DNA from: an uncultured virus (IMG/VR IMGVR_UViG_3300024308_000304)
Taxonomy: Duplodnaviria > Heunggongvirae > Uroviricota > Caudoviricetes
Direction: 5' to 3' (one strand)
DNA length: 64,000 nucleotides
Virus record (IMG/VR): IMGVR_UViG_3300024308_000304
The translations under genes and the position numbers were made by a program. Below the pieces are notes generated by a model, which was given only the letters and a program-made list of their open reading frames with translations, was not told the origin of the DNA and did no database searches. Shown piece by piece: positions 10,336-21,162 of the stretch (the stretch's first letter is position 1; each line of letters begins with the position of its first letter).

Positions 10336-12612
10336 ATGAGCAAACCAAAAATGTCTGAAAGTCTTGTAAAGATTTTTACTAATACAAAGGAACTTATTTT
10401 TAAAGAAAACCACGGCCTTCTGTCTCCTGAATATCTACTATTGAAAATGATTGATTACAGTGATGATTTCAAAAATATTCTATCTCAAAATAACATCAAT
10501 GTTGATCTTCTTAGTAAAAAACTGACTGCTATTACTAAAAATTATCTTCCTCGTCAAGCTCATACTGCATTGCATGAATCTGAAAAAATGAAGATGATTA
10601 TGCAACGTACCATCTTGAAAGTTCTCAACCAGTATGTTGAAGAATTCGATGAAATTGATTTACTGCTCACTATCTTTGAAACTGCTGATGTACCAGCACT
10701 CGAAGCATTGGAATCTGTAAACTTGAAAGTAAATGATGTTGTTGAATACATGAATCAACGTAACAACAATAAAACAGTAAAAGAAGAAGAACGTGTTGGT
10801 AGTGCAACTAACGTTAACCAATTGATTCGTTCATTTGTAACTGACCTTACTGAAAAAGCTGAAAAAGGTCAACTAGAACCTATGATTGGTCGTATGGAAG
10901 AAGTTGATCGTATGGAAGTGATTCTTGCTCGCCGCAAGAAAAATAACCCAATCATTGTAGGTGATGCTGGTGTTGGTAAGACTGCAATTGTTGAAGGTCT
11001 TGCTCAAAAGATTGCTTCTGGTCAAGTACCTGATGCACTTAAAGGTTTCCGTCTGCTATCTCTTGATGTAAACGGTATGGTTGCTGGCACTAAATATCGT
11101 GGTGACCTTGAAGATCGTCTTAAAAAGATCATTGAAGCTGTTTCTAATAACAAAACTATTTTGTTCATTGACGAAATTCACAGTATCATTGGTTCTGGTA
11201 AAGCAGAAGGTGGTTCAGATATTGGTAACACACTTAAACCTTACTTGTCATCAGGCAAAGTACGTTGCATTGGTGCTACTACAACTGAGGAATATCGTCA
11301 GATTTTTGAAAAGAACTCTGCTCTTTCCCGTCGCTTCAACAAAATCGATGTGGATGAATTGTCACCAGAAGCAACCTTGCATGTATTGAAACAAATTCGT
11401 GGTGTTTATGAAAAAGATCATGGTGTAACTTATACTGATGCTTCATTGCAAAGTATCGTAAACTTAGCAAATCGCTTCTTGCATACTAAAAAGTTCCCTG
11501 ACAAGGCTATTGATATTCTTGATGAATCTGGTGCGTTTGTAAACCTTAAACTCAAAAATAAAGTTGTTGATGTAAATATTATTGAGGATATCGTTTCAAG
11601 AGCTGCTAAACAGCCCGTAAAAGAAGAAACTGGTCAAACCAGTGAACAACTTAAAAACCTTGAGAGCAACATCAAAAATGTTATCTTTGGTCAAGATGCT
11701 GCTGTTGAGAAGATTGTAGATGCAATTGTATTGAACAAAAGTGGTTTTGGTGCTGCTGATAAACCAATTGGCACTTACCTGTTCATCGGTCCAACTGGTG
11801 TTGGTAAAACTGAATTGGCTAAGCAATTGGCTAAAGAAATGAATATGGCTCTCCTTCGCTTCGACATGAGCGAATATAGAGAAAGTCACACTATTTCCAA
11901 GTTGATTGGTGCTCCAGCAGGTTATGTGGGTCATGGTAAAGGTGGTCTGTTGACTGAACAAGTAAACAAAAACCCTTACTCTGTTGTGTTGCTTGACGAA
12001 TTTGAGAAAGCTCACCCTGACGTATTCAATGCCTTCTTGCAAGTATTTGACTACGGGTTCATGACTGACTCAGAAGGTCGTAAAATTGATTTCCGTAACA
12101 CTGTTGTAATTATGACTTCTAACGTGGGTATTAAATTGTCTAACCAAGAGAAATCTGGTATTGGCTTTATGAAAACTCCAGTAGAAAACAAAAGTCTTGT
12201 TAACTGGGATACTGTGAACAGCACGTTTGCTCCAGAGTTCCGTAACCGTCTTGATGGTTTGGTTGAATTCAAATCAATTGACAAAGACATGATTAACAAT
12301 ATTGTTCAAAAGAATCTTGCTCCAATTTACGCTGAATTGAGTAAAAAAGGCTTGACTCTTGAAATGGAAACTGCAGTATTGGATCAACTTGCTGAGAAGG
12401 GTTATGAACCAGCGATGGGTGCTCGTCCAGTAGCTCGTGTTGTAAGAGAGTTGATTGCTCTACCATTGGCTAAGCTTGTAACGTTCACTGATATACCAGC
12501 AGGAACAAACTTGAAAGCCGTTTGGAAGAACGAAGAAATCTCTTTCGAGATTGGGATTGCTAACAAAAAAGCACCAACTACTCGTAGAAAGAGAACTGCT
12601 GTAGAAAGTTAA
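10336..12612 (+). CDS. clpA: ATP-dependent Clp protease ATPase subunit, ClpA-like
   Basis: Two AAA+ modules ([16 protein letters not shown]), [17 protein letters not shown] loop (SGIGF), no ClpB middle domain. Confidence 0.93.
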   Translation: MSKPKMSESLVKIFTNTKELIFKENHGLLSPEYLLLKMIDYSDDFKNILSQNNINVDLLSKKLTAITKNYLPRQAHTALHESEKMKMIMQRTILKVLNQYVEEFDEIDLLLTIFETADVPALEALESVNLKVNDVVEYMNQRNNNKTVKEEERVGSATNVNQLIRSFVTDLTEKAEKGQLEPMIGRMEEVDRMEVILARRKKNNPIIVGDAGVGKTAIVEGLAQKIASGQVPDALKGFRLLSLDVNGMVAGTKYRGDLEDRLKKIIEAVSNNKTILFIDEIHSIIGSGKAEGGSDIGNTLKPYLSSGKVRCIGATTTEEYRQIFEKNSALSRRFNKIDVDELSPEATLHVLKQIRGVYEKDHGVTYTDASLQSIVNLANRFLHTKKFPDKAIDILDESGAFVNLKLKNKVVDVNIIEDIVSRAAKQPVKEETGQTSEQLKNLESNIKNVIFGQDAAVEKIVDAIVLNKSGFGAADKPIGTYLFIGPTGVGKTELAKQLAKEMNMALLRFDMSEYRESHTISKLIGAPAGYVGHGKGGLLTEQVNKNPYSVVLLDEFEKAHPDVFNAFLQVFDYGFMTDSEGRKIDFRNTVVIMTSNVGIKLSNQEKSGIGFMKTPVENKSLVNWDTVNSTFAPEFRNRLDGLVEFKSIDKDMINNIVQKNLAPIYAELSKKGLTLEMETAVLDQLAEKGYEPAMGARPVARVVRELIALPLAKLVTFTDIPAGTNLKAVWKNEEISFEIGIANKKAPTTRRKRTAVES

Positions 12613-12613
12613 T

Positions 12614-12638
12614 AAAGAGCCGAAAGGCTCTTTTTTTT
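12614..12638. terminator. Bidirectional intrinsic terminator
   Basis: AAAGAGCC-GAAA-GGCTCTTTTTTTT. Confidence 0.85.
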
Positions 12639-13776
12639 ATTTAATTCTTTTTAAATATTTAGTATATAATACTTTGCTATCTTCAAATACATAATTGAAG
12701 TCATCTTGATTAAAATGACAATTGACTACTTTATTAAAGTCGTCTTTGACCATATGTGTCAGCAAAAATGAAGTAAGAGTATTGACATTAGTTGATATAT
12801 TACTTAAAAATCTTTTCCTTAAACATTCTTTTAAACTGAAAGGAATATTGCATTTAAATTTTTTATAGAATTTCATGCTACGTTTTTCATGATTGAAGTA
12901 ATTGTTAATATCAAAACTAATAGAATCAACATAAGGATCTAAATATTTATCACAATGATGAAGATCATCAGGCATAATCATTAATGGATTATCAGATAAT
13001 GGAGATAACGCTTTCACAAGCAATTCTACATAGGTAACTAAATCAAGATCAGGAATAGCCTTTAAGTAGTTCAAATTGTCTTCTGATAACTGGTATACCC
13101 CTAATAGATAGTTAATGGTGTAATGACAATCAAGAAAAGCTTTATTAGTGTAATAGCTATTGTAACTATAAGAATAAGCTCGAAACATGATCAAGCTCTT
13201 TAAAAAATGTTTAAATTCTATTAAATTAAAATCTTCATCCTTTAATACCTTAATAAGAGAAACAATATCAGCAACTCTTTCATGAAACAAATCAGTTTCA
13301 TTGCGTAGACTTTCTAAAGTAGAGTGTGCTAATTCATGGTAAAGAATTGTTTTAAATGTTAAGTATTCATTTTTAAAGAATACATATCCATTATTTATAT
13401 CTTTATCATTGATAAAAATATTAAAAAGTTTTGAAGCATCTTTTTTATATAGATTGGCTACATAAAAACTTGAATAAGATCTTTTATTAGATTTTGATAT
13501 CGATGTAAGTATAACAGGAACAGTAAAACCACTAAATGGATTATTAATAATAAATTTAATTTGAGATTTATTTGATTTTTTCTTATTAACAAATATATCA
13601 AATAGATTTGTTATAGTATTGTCATATTTTGTCATGGATAGAAAATCTTTTATGGCAATATCAAAGCTGAATTTATCTAAATTTGAAATACGTATATAAG
13701 CATCATTTGATTTCTGAAATGCAGTATCCCAAAAGAAAATTCTTATATCAATCCACAATTTATTCAATCTATTCAT
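12637..13776 (-). CDS. Putative HExxH zinc metallopeptidase
   Basis: LYHELAH followed by HERVAD (zincin-like third ligand). Confidence 0.55.
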   Translation of the reverse strand: MNRLNKLWIDIRIFFWDTAFQKSNDAYIRISNLDKFSFDIAIKDFLSMTKYDNTITNLFDIFVNKKKSNKSQIKFIINNPFSGFTVPVILTSISKSNKRSYSSFYVANLYKKDASKLFNIFINDKDINNGYVFFKNEYLTFKTILYHELAHSTLESLRNETDLFHERVADIVSLIKVLKDEDFNLIEFKHFLKSLIMFRAYSYSYNSYYTNKAFLDCHYTINYLLGVYQLSEDNLNYLKAIPDLDLVTYVELLVKALSPLSDNPLMIMPDDLHHCDKYLDPYVDSISFDINNYFNHEKRSMKFYKKFKCNIPFSLKECLRKRFLSNISTNVNTLTSFLLTHMVKDDFNKVVNCHFNQDDFNYVFEDSKVLYTKYLKRIK

Positions 13777-13886
13777 AATCGGTTCCTCAGTAAACAAATA
13801 ATATCATTATATATTGATTATTCAACTCAAATTGACATTTTTTAAGCCTTTGGTATGATTGTTGAATCGTAGAGGAAATTAAGAAA

Positions 13887-14504
13887 ATGAATGAGATAAT
13901 TAAAGAAGTAAATACGGATAATATTGAATACATAAATGAACAAAAACTCATAAATAAAGAATTAATAAAACAATCAACCAATCTATTGAATACAGAAGAT
14001 GATGATTCATCTAAAGGTATGCCATCAGTAATGGAAGTCATAGGTGTTTTTTTTATAATTTTCTTTATTATTACATTATCTATTTTCTTTTTTACACAAG
14101 CAAAAGAAACAGTAAATCTTAATAATGCAATTCAAGATAACACGAAATTATATACTGAATTAGTTCAAATAAAAGATGAAAATAAAGCAACAACGACACA
14201 AGAACTAATTAATTTAAATCAGTACACTCATACATTATCAAATAGTAATTTCAAAAGTGTTTGGGGTGGAGAAATTATACCAAGTATAGATAAAGATGGA
14301 ACAATTACTATTAATTATGATAATGTGCCAGTTGAATATTGTGAACAATTCATTTATAAACAAAAGTTACTTGGATGGAACTCAGTTAGTATTGCTAGCA
14401 ATAAAGGCCAAATGAAATCAATTGATTATAAAAATGAATCAGAAGTATCAAGAGAATGTTCTAAAAATAAGACTCCTATACAAATATCATTTAAAGGAGC
14501 ATAA
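13887..14504 (+). CDS. Type IVb (PilS-like) pilin-like protein, paralog 1
   Basis: Long hydrophilic leader, SKG|MPSVMEV, hydrophobic helix, SVWGG, YDNVPVEYC, second Cys near the C-terminus. Confidence 0.65.
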   Translation: MNEIIKEVNTDNIEYINEQKLINKELIKQSTNLLNTEDDDSSKGMPSVMEVIGVFFIIFFIITLSIFFFTQAKETVNLNNAIQDNTKLYTELVQIKDENKATTTQELINLNQYTHTLSNSNFKSVWGGEIIPSIDKDGTITINYDNVPVEYCEQFIYKQKLLGWNSVSIASNKGQMKSIDYKNESEVSRECSKNKTPIQISFKGA

Positions 14505-14507
14505 AAA

Positions 14508-15089
14508 ATGATTGATATTATTAAGGAAACCAGTTCAGAAAATATTGAGTATATAAATAAAGAACCAATAGCATCATCAAATAGCCTATTGAAGACTGAA
14601 AATGATAACTCATCCGAAGGAGTTTCATCATTAGTATTAATACCATTTACTTATTTAATATTTATAGTTATTATTATATTTTCAATGCTTTCATTTGACC
14701 AAATAAAACAAATAAAACAAACACAAAATACTGAGTATGCAATTAAAAAGAATGCTTCATTATATAATGAACTAATCGAAATAAAATTTAATAATGAAAG
14801 ATTAGATAATGCTCATATTTTATCAAATAGCAATTTAAAAAGTGTTTGGGGTGGAAAAATTGAGCCAATAATAGATAAATTGGGATTTATTAGTATCAGC
14901 TATAGTAAAGTACCAGTTGAATACTGCAAAGACTTCATTTATAAACAGAAGAATATAGGATGGAGTTCAATTAGTATTTCTGATAAAAAAGATAAAATAA
15001 ATGTAGTAAATTATAAAAATGAGTCAGAACTATCAAAAGAATGTTCTAAATATAATGATAATATCAATATTATATTTAAAGGAGAATAA
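14508..15089 (+). CDS. Type IVb pilin-like protein, paralog 2
   Basis: SVWGG, YSKVPVEYC, ECSK; single TM helix. Confidence 0.6.
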   Translation: MIDIIKETSSENIEYINKEPIASSNSLLKTENDNSSEGVSSLVLIPFTYLIFIVIIIFSMLSFDQIKQIKQTQNTEYAIKKNASLYNELIEIKFNNERLDNAHILSNSNLKSVWGGKIEPIIDKLGFISISYSKVPVEYCKDFIYKQKNIGWSSISISDKKDKINVVNYKNESELSKECSKYNDNINIIFKGE

Positions 15090-15092
15090 TGA

Positions 15093-15695
15093 ATGACTGA
15101 TAAAGTTAAAGAAGTTAATGAGAATAATATTGAATACATCAAAGATCAATCATATACCAATAATATAATTCTAAAGAATAAAAACAAAGTAAACTCTGAA
15201 TATTACAATCTGCAAATTAATGATAAATCAGAAATATCCGCTCCTGCTTTTTTGGTAATATTTTCCGTTGGAATTGTATGTGCTATTTTCCTTTATATTA
15301 TGTCTGAAAAATCAAATTTTATCCAAAATACTAATTATGAAATTAATAATACTTATAAACTATATAAAAAATTAGAAGCAATAAAAGTACATAACAAAAA
15401 TGAGACATCCTATAAAGAAATTACTATATTAAATAAAAATAATAAAAATATTTGGGGTGGAAAGATTGAATCCAATATTGACAAATCTGGAAATATTAAA
15501 ATTATTTATGAAAATGTTCAATCAAATTATTGTGAACCATTTATTAATAGACAAAAAGTATTAGATTGGACATCAATAAGTATTTCAGATAATAAGGATA
15601 AATCCAATATAGTAAATTATAAAGACAAGGTAGAACTATTAAAAGCATGTAGTGCGTCTAATGGTCCTGTATATATTACATTTAAAGGAAAATAA
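15093..15695 (+). CDS. Type IVb pilin-like protein, paralog 3
   Basis: NIWGG, YENVQSNYC, ACSA; single TM helix. Confidence 0.6.
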   Translation: MTDKVKEVNENNIEYIKDQSYTNNIILKNKNKVNSEYYNLQINDKSEISAPAFLVIFSVGIVCAIFLYIMSEKSNFIQNTNYEINNTYKLYKKLEAIKVHNKNETSYKEITILNKNNKNIWGGKIESNIDKSGNIKIIYENVQSNYCEPFINRQKVLDWTSISISDNKDKSNIVNYKDKVELLKACSASNGPVYITFKGK

Positions 15696-15706
15696 AAAAG
15701 AACTTG

Positions 15707-16147
15707 TTAAACAAGTTCTTTATCTACCAACGTTTTTACTTTACCCATATCAGCCTTACCATGCAATCTCTTTTTAAGAATCGGCATAACATCACCAACT
15801 ACAACTACAGATTTATTAGATTTAACTTCTTGGATTACTTCTTTAACCATATTCAATACTTCTTCTTCTGATGCTTGAACTGGTAAATATTGTTGCAAAT
15901 AAGCAACTTCTACTGTTTCTTTATCCACTAATTCTTTAATATGAGAGAATTCAGAAATAGCTTTTTGTCTTTGATTGATCATCATTTTAATGACAGTGAT
16001 AATATCAGTATCTGTCGCCTCTTTCCTATTATCTACTTCAAACTGTTTAATTGCTGAAAGAATATAACCAACTAATGTTTTTGATACATTATCTTTCTCT
16101 TTTAAAGCCTTGATACGAGCCTTTGTTAAATCATCTTTAATTGACAT
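15707..16147 (-). CDS. GatB/YqeY domain protein
   Basis: IKQFEVD, YLPVQ, GKADMG motifs; 146 aa. Confidence 0.88.
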   Translation of the reverse strand: MSIKDDLTKARIKALKEKDNVSKTLVGYILSAIKQFEVDNRKEATDTDIITVIKMMINQRQKAISEFSHIKELVDKETVEVAYLQQYLPVQASEEEVLNMVKEVIQEVKSNKSVVVVGDVMPILKKRLHGKADMGKVKTLVDKELV

Positions 16148-16247
16148 TTCAACCTCCTTTAAGTTAGTTGTTAATTATATACATTTTTCTTAAATTTGTA
16201 AAGTTTTTTTAATAGAGTATAATAATATCAAAACCAAGAGGTCTTTC

Positions 16248-16676
16248 ATGAACAAAATATACTTAGGTATGGGATGTTTTTGGAGTGCTCAACACATCTT
16301 TCAAAAACATATGCCAGAAAAAAATATAAAAGTTGGTTATATTGAAGGTGTTGAAGTGGTTGAAATCCCCTATCATTCTTCTGAATTAGATAAAATCTTG
16401 AAAGCATTCTATGAGAATCATTCTTTCAATATTAGAGAAGTTCCCAATAAATATAAGAGTGTCATTTATTTTACTGATAAAGCTGACTATAATTATTTAA
16501 AGCTAACATTTAATTATTACAACATGCAAATAAAAAAATCAGGTAACAGAGGCTATCATAATACAGAGATAAAACCAATGACTGAATTTGTCTTAGCTGA
16601 TGAATATAATCAGAACTATCTTTTAAAAAATCCAAATGTAAATTGTGTATTAGGTTTTAATGGCGTAGAATATTGA
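16248..16676 (+). CDS. msrA: Peptide methionine sulfoxide reductase MsrA, compact
   Basis: GCFW active site, YKSVIY, ADEYNQNYL, C-terminal Cys. Confidence 0.85.
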   Translation: MNKIYLGMGCFWSAQHIFQKHMPEKNIKVGYIEGVEVVEIPYHSSELDKILKAFYENHSFNIREVPNKYKSVIYFTDKADYNYLKLTFNYYNMQIKKSGNRGYHNTEIKPMTEFVLADEYNQNYLLKNPNVNCVLGFNGVEY

Positions 16677-16955
16677 TATTATAAGCAATAACTATTAATT
16701 AATCATTATCAATTTTCTTTAAAGATCATTGATGTCATCTACAGCCATTATCAGATCATATTTAAGGAATCTTATGATAAAAAAATTGAAGTCGGACAAT
16801 CCTTCAATGAATTTTTCTACACAATAATAAATAAAAAATAACCTCAGAAGAGGTTGTTTTTTTATTTTTAAATTGTTAATATGCTCTATTAAAAAACACA
16901 GTTGGATTAATTTAAAAATGTGATATTATATCTTATATAAATAAAGGATCTTAAA

Positions 16956-17117
16956 ATGAAAAAGAAAAGTGATGTAACAGAAAAGGAAATAGTTAATTTT
17001 GTTGCAAGATACATGCATGATGCTGGCTGCACAACTAAAATAGTTGAAGACAAAAAAGCCAAAATGAAACGTGGGGAAGGTAAGCACAGGTTTAATAGGA
17101 ATAGAATTGATTATTAA
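16956..17117 (+). CDS. ArfA-like ribosome-rescue microprotein candidate (53 aa), not in ORF track
   Basis: AAGGA RBS; MKKKSDVTEKEIVNFVARYMHDAGCTTKIVEDKKAKMKRGEGKHRFNRNRIDY. Confidence 0.55.
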   Translation: MKKKSDVTEKEIVNFVARYMHDAGCTTKIVEDKKAKMKRGEGKHRFNRNRIDY

Positions 17118-17557
17118 TTATTCTCATAATTATTAATCCATACACTTTCTTTTTTATTAAATGCTTTATAATGAGTACATTTTTCATGAGATATGTATCT
17201 TTTTAAAATAATTAAGTCATCATTCTCTTCCATAATTGACCAACCAAAAAGAATTAAAGCAACTAATTTTTCATAATTAATTGGATCAATTTTAATATAT
17301 TCAAATTCATTATAAATTTTTATTTTCATATTATTATATTCATTAAAAGACATAGGTTTTTCATCTGTTCTTTTTATAAATGCTATAATAGGAATTAATA
17401 ATAAAATTATTGTTATAGGAACACTAAAATAAAGTGGTGTAAGTGACATTTCAACATTTGAAATTTTTGCATCATGATACATAAATGCATATCTTAAGTT
17501 AAACATCATAAACAATGAAGTGAATAGAAACCAAAGTATAGGACCAATAGATACCAT
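17114..17557 (-). CDS. Membrane hypothetical protein
   Basis: Two N-terminal hydrophobic segments. Confidence 0.55.
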   Translation of the reverse strand: MVSIGPILWFLFTSLFMMFNLRYAFMYHDAKISNVEMSLTPLYFSVPITIILLLIPIIAFIKRTDEKPMSFNEYNNMKIKIYNEFEYIKIDPINYEKLVALILFGWSIMEENDDLIILKRYISHEKCTHYKAFNKKESVWINNYENN

Positions 17558-17631
17558 ATTATTAAATAAAGTTTTAAATCATTATATAGGCAGGTATAAT
17601 GATGTCAAATCAATGGTATAAAATTAAATCT

Positions 17632-18138
17632 TTAATATAAACGTTCTTTTTCTATTTCTAATAAAGTTTTTTTACGAAGAATATTCCATCTATAACCAGT
17701 ATCTTTACCACTTTTACTCACTACACGATGACAAGGAATAATGACAGCTATACTATTTTTTCCACAAGCAGTTGCAACTGCACGAACTGAATCTGGTTTA
17801 TGTATTTTTGCAGCTAATTCCGTATAAGTTAAAGTTTGACCACTTGGTATTTTCATAATTTCTTTCCAAACTGATTTTTGTAAATCAGACCCATGCATTT
17901 CTACATTGAATTTTTTTTGAGTTGTTGGATTTTTGACATATGCAAATATCTCTCGTATATGATCATTAATAATACCTTCGGTTAAATGAACTTTAGGATA
18001 TTCTGATTTCAGATTATAAATATTATCTTCTTTTGAGTTATCCAAACTTATGAAAACAATATTTTCTTTTTCATTTAAGGCAATAAGTATATTACCAAGA
18101 TTCAAACTGTCTTCTAAATAATAAGTTATCTCTTTCAT
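17632..18138 (-). CDS. ogt: Methylated-DNA-protein-cysteine methyltransferase
   Basis: IPSGQTLTY, RAVATACGKN, IPCHRVV. Confidence 0.93.
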   Translation of the reverse strand: MKEITYYLEDSLNLGNILIALNEKENIVFISLDNSKEDNIYNLKSEYPKVHLTEGIINDHIREIFAYVKNPTTQKKFNVEMHGSDLQKSVWKEIMKIPSGQTLTYTELAAKIHKPDSVRAVATACGKNSIAVIIPCHRVVSKSGKDTGYRWNILRKKTLLEIEKERLY

Positions 18139-18217
18139 GATTGCTCTCAAAATTAGTTGAATTTATAATAACATTAAATCAAAAAAAATCAATATAAAAA
18201 AGACACCTCATGGTGTC

Positions 18218-19042
18218 TTAAATGTCTTCATATAAAATTTCTTTAAATCCTTTAGAAGTAATTTCAAAAAATTTGGCTGCATAACAAGTTGAATTGTGAT
18301 TAAAACAATGCATTTCATGATAATATTCAACCACAATGTCTTCCGTGTCCGAATAAGAAAACATTGGTTTACCAGCATAATTATGCCCCTTCATTAAATA
18401 AAATCCTAATTCATTTTTTCTTTCTAACAATGATTCTTTAACTTTCCATCTTTTAAATTTTGTATGCCTTTTATGATAGAGCTTACCATCAATCATTAAT
18501 TCATCTTTAAACAATTCATTTTTAAAATAATAAACGTTTTTATTCTTACAATATTTTTTAAATAAGTTTGAGCCAAATAATAAACCTTCATATTTATCAG
18601 ATGGAATCATTTTAGAAAGATTAACAAGACGTTCAGATGTCTCGTCATCAATCCCAAGAACAGTAAAATCTTTAATTGAAGGATTATTGGTTGCACCAAA
18701 ATAGATACCATAGCTTTCCTCTGATTTAGAACATATATCAAGAATGAAATTGCCATAATCAGTGTACAGAAAAGCTTTTTTTATAAGTGATGAAGATTTA
18801 AGAATACTTTCTAATTCATTAACGAAAATATCTTGTTCATTTTTTGTATCAATTACAGATACTTGTGGTGCTTCTTGATCAAGTAAAGCTAACATCTCAA
18901 ATGTATTCTTTACACCAAAAGATTTTGCCATAAGATCCTGTGATTGTGTTAAATTAACATCCAAACCAGAAGCTTTTAATGCTTTTTGAAGTCTTTTTGC
19001 ATTTCTTTTAAAATTTTCAACAGTAATAATAATACCAGACAT
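18218..19042 (-). CDS. Protein with N-terminal helical glyoxalase-superfamily-associated (Glyoxalase_8-like) domain
   Basis: FKRNAKRLQKALK...QSQDLMAKSFGVKN; AAGGAG RBS; long structured leader. Confidence 0.55.
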   Translation of the reverse strand: MSGIIITVENFKRNAKRLQKALKASGLDVNLTQSQDLMAKSFGVKNTFEMLALLDQEAPQVSVIDTKNEQDIFVNELESILKSSSLIKKAFLYTDYGNFILDICSKSEESYGIYFGATNNPSIKDFTVLGIDDETSERLVNLSKMIPSDKYEGLLFGSNLFKKYCKNKNVYYFKNELFKDELMIDGKLYHKRHTKFKRWKVKESLLERKNELGFYLMKGHNYAGKPMFSYSDTEDIVVEYYHEMHCFNHNSTCYAAKFFEITSKGFKEILYEDI

Positions 19043-19219
19043 AAAATTCTCCTTAAAATAGAATAATAATTTGACAAATAGGAGGCAACTCATTTTAAGA
19101 AAAATTAAGTTGATTGAATTGTAATTTGTTGATATCGGGTCAATTTTGCCATCTAAGCCTATTTAGCGTGCTTTCAACCAAGCATTTAAGACTATAACAA
19201 ATAAAAAAAAACTTGTCAA
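19043..19219 (-). promoter_or_regulatory. sigma70 promoter plus ~140-nt structured 5' leader
   Basis: TTGACA-17-TATAGT; stems TGCTT/AAGCA and AAATAGG/CCTATTT. Confidence 0.6.
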
Positions 19220-19279
19220 ATGCTCATTTTTTTACTATAATAATGAAACTTTCTAAAACTCAAAACAAAAGGTTTTTTA

Positions 19280-19831
19280 ATGATTAATACAAATTTTTTA
19301 AGGTTTATTGCTGAAATCAATCCATATAAAATTATTCAAAAACAAGTATCATTTATATCTGCATTCTATAAAGATGGAATTCCTGATGAATGGGAGAAAA
19401 CTTTAATTAAAATATTTGAGATAACCTATATTTTTCATGACTTCATAACTATTTCTGTAACATTAGGAAATGATGGGCCAGTTTTTTTAAAATATAACGT
19501 AAACAGATACACTGATGAATTTAAAGAACTCCATATTAAAACATTCGTCAAATCAATATATAATATATTACCTAATTTAGAGGTAAAAGAGTTCAATTAT
19601 CAACATGTAGATAATGTTTTTGAATTAATAATAAATAATCAGTACAAAATAGTTTTAAGTAAGAATAAAAATAATGATGAAATTACTATACACAGTATTC
19701 ACAATAAAAAAACAAAAACAACAAATCACTTTAATATAGTATTAAATTACCAAGAATTTAAAAATTTCTTAAACGAATCAGAAGAAACATTTGAAATGAA
19801 TCGAGATTTGTTTGATATGTGGTCAATGTAG
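19280..19831 (+). CDS. Hypothetical protein (C-terminal motif family)
   Basis: 183 aa, ends DLFDMWSM. Confidence 0.65.
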   Translation: MINTNFLRFIAEINPYKIIQKQVSFISAFYKDGIPDEWEKTLIKIFEITYIFHDFITISVTLGNDGPVFLKYNVNRYTDEFKELHIKTFVKSIYNILPNLEVKEFNYQHVDNVFELIINNQYKIVLSKNKNNDEITIHSIHNKKTKTTNHFNIVLNYQEFKNFLNESEETFEMNRDLFDMWSM

Positions 19832-19915
19832 ATAATAAATATCAGAAAATAATTATTGTTAAATTAAAAAATATTTGGTAGAATCTGAAAAATTTGCATA
19901 TTAAATGGAGTCAAA

Positions 19916-20512
19916 ATGGAAAATCCAATAACAAAGAGAGTTAAAAACCATCAATATTTTGGAGAGTTAGCAATTGAAAATTTCCTTAATAAACATAATG
20001 TAGAGTTCAAAATAACCAATGGTGTACGTGACGGAAAATACTATTCAATTTTTGATAAGTCATCTAATAGTTATGCTTTTTTTTTAGATATTTCAAAAAA
20101 TGGTTATATAGAATATTCTAATAGTGAAAACTCAAAAGAACTTTATAATCTATTTGTCAAAGAACATTCTTGTGAAATAACTAAAGAAGTTTATGATGAA
20201 TATCAAAAAATCAAAAAAATTATGAATAAATATACAAAAAAATTAAATAGTGGTATTAGAATGTATCATAAAGGTTATACAGCAATTTATTCTAAAAAAG
20301 CTAAAAAATTAATAGTATATCCAGATATAGTTTTCCAACGCATTGCTGCCATTTACTATTTAGCTGGGGATTTAAAAAAGACCCATGAATTAGGGCATTT
20401 AAGTGGTATACTTCATGATGAAGCTTATTCTCTAATGGATAATATTTTAGATAAACCATTAAATCAATATACAGAAGATGAATTAACATTAATGGACATG
20501 ATTGACATTTAA
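19916..20512 (+). CDS. Hypothetical protein (C-terminal motif family)
   Basis: 198 aa, ends ELTLMDMIDI. Confidence 0.7.
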   Translation: MENPITKRVKNHQYFGELAIENFLNKHNVEFKITNGVRDGKYYSIFDKSSNSYAFFLDISKNGYIEYSNSENSKELYNLFVKEHSCEITKEVYDEYQKIKKIMNKYTKKLNSGIRMYHKGYTAIYSKKAKKLIVYPDIVFQRIAAIYYLAGDLKKTHELGHLSGILHDEAYSLMDNILDKPLNQYTEDELTLMDMIDI

Positions 20513-20530
20513 CAATATCTGGAGATTAAT

Positions 20531-21133
20531 ATGTTGAAATTTTTAACTAAAATAAAAAACAAGGCAACCCCACCATTATATTTTAATCCAAGCATGAGTT
20601 TTAATATCATGTCAGGAAAAATGTTAGTGCTAACAAATCCAGAAATAGAAATGGGTGATCAAGATACTTTTTTGAAAGAAGAAAACGATGCCATTTTAAG
20701 AAGCAAAGAAAGAATTGAAAATGTGAAAGCTAAATTTTGGATATCAAAAGGTGCCGCAAGAATTCAACTGGAAGACTTAGGGACTGCTATATTTAAAGTA
20801 GGTGATAAAGTTATATTCAAAGATAGTTCAATATACAACATTGAAACATCACAAAAAGAAATAAACTATAGCTCAATGGAAATTATGATTGGTGAAATTG
20901 ATTCAAAGAGTTCTGCCGTTTATGTAATGGATCTTGGAATGTTTTATCAAGCAACACAACAATATCATAAGAACAAAGGTAAATCATTAGAAGATATCTT
21001 AAATAATTTAAACCAAAAATATTACATTATTAATGTAGCTAGTGGATACTATGAATTTGAAGTTTTAAATAAAGAAAGAAAAAGTGTTCGTGATTATTAT
21101 GGGTTATTAAAAATGAGTTATTCAAATAAATAA
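20531..21133 (+). CDS. Hypothetical protein
   Basis: 200 aa, GGAG RBS. Confidence 0.7.
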   Translation: MLKFLTKIKNKATPPLYFNPSMSFNIMSGKMLVLTNPEIEMGDQDTFLKEENDAILRSKERIENVKAKFWISKGAARIQLEDLGTAIFKVGDKVIFKDSSIYNIETSQKEINYSSMEIMIGEIDSKSSAVYVMDLGMFYQATQQYHKNKGKSLEDILNNLNQKYYIINVASGYYEFEVLNKERKSVRDYYGLLKMSYSNK

Positions 21134-21162
21134 AAAAGGCAACCTAAGTTGCCTTTATTTTT

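Noticed and set aside
1787..12299. Short antisense or off-frame ORFs inside coaD-coaE, the radical SAM gene and clpA (similar ones occur throughout)
   Set aside because: Shadow ORFs with no RBS or motifs, lying within well-supported genes.
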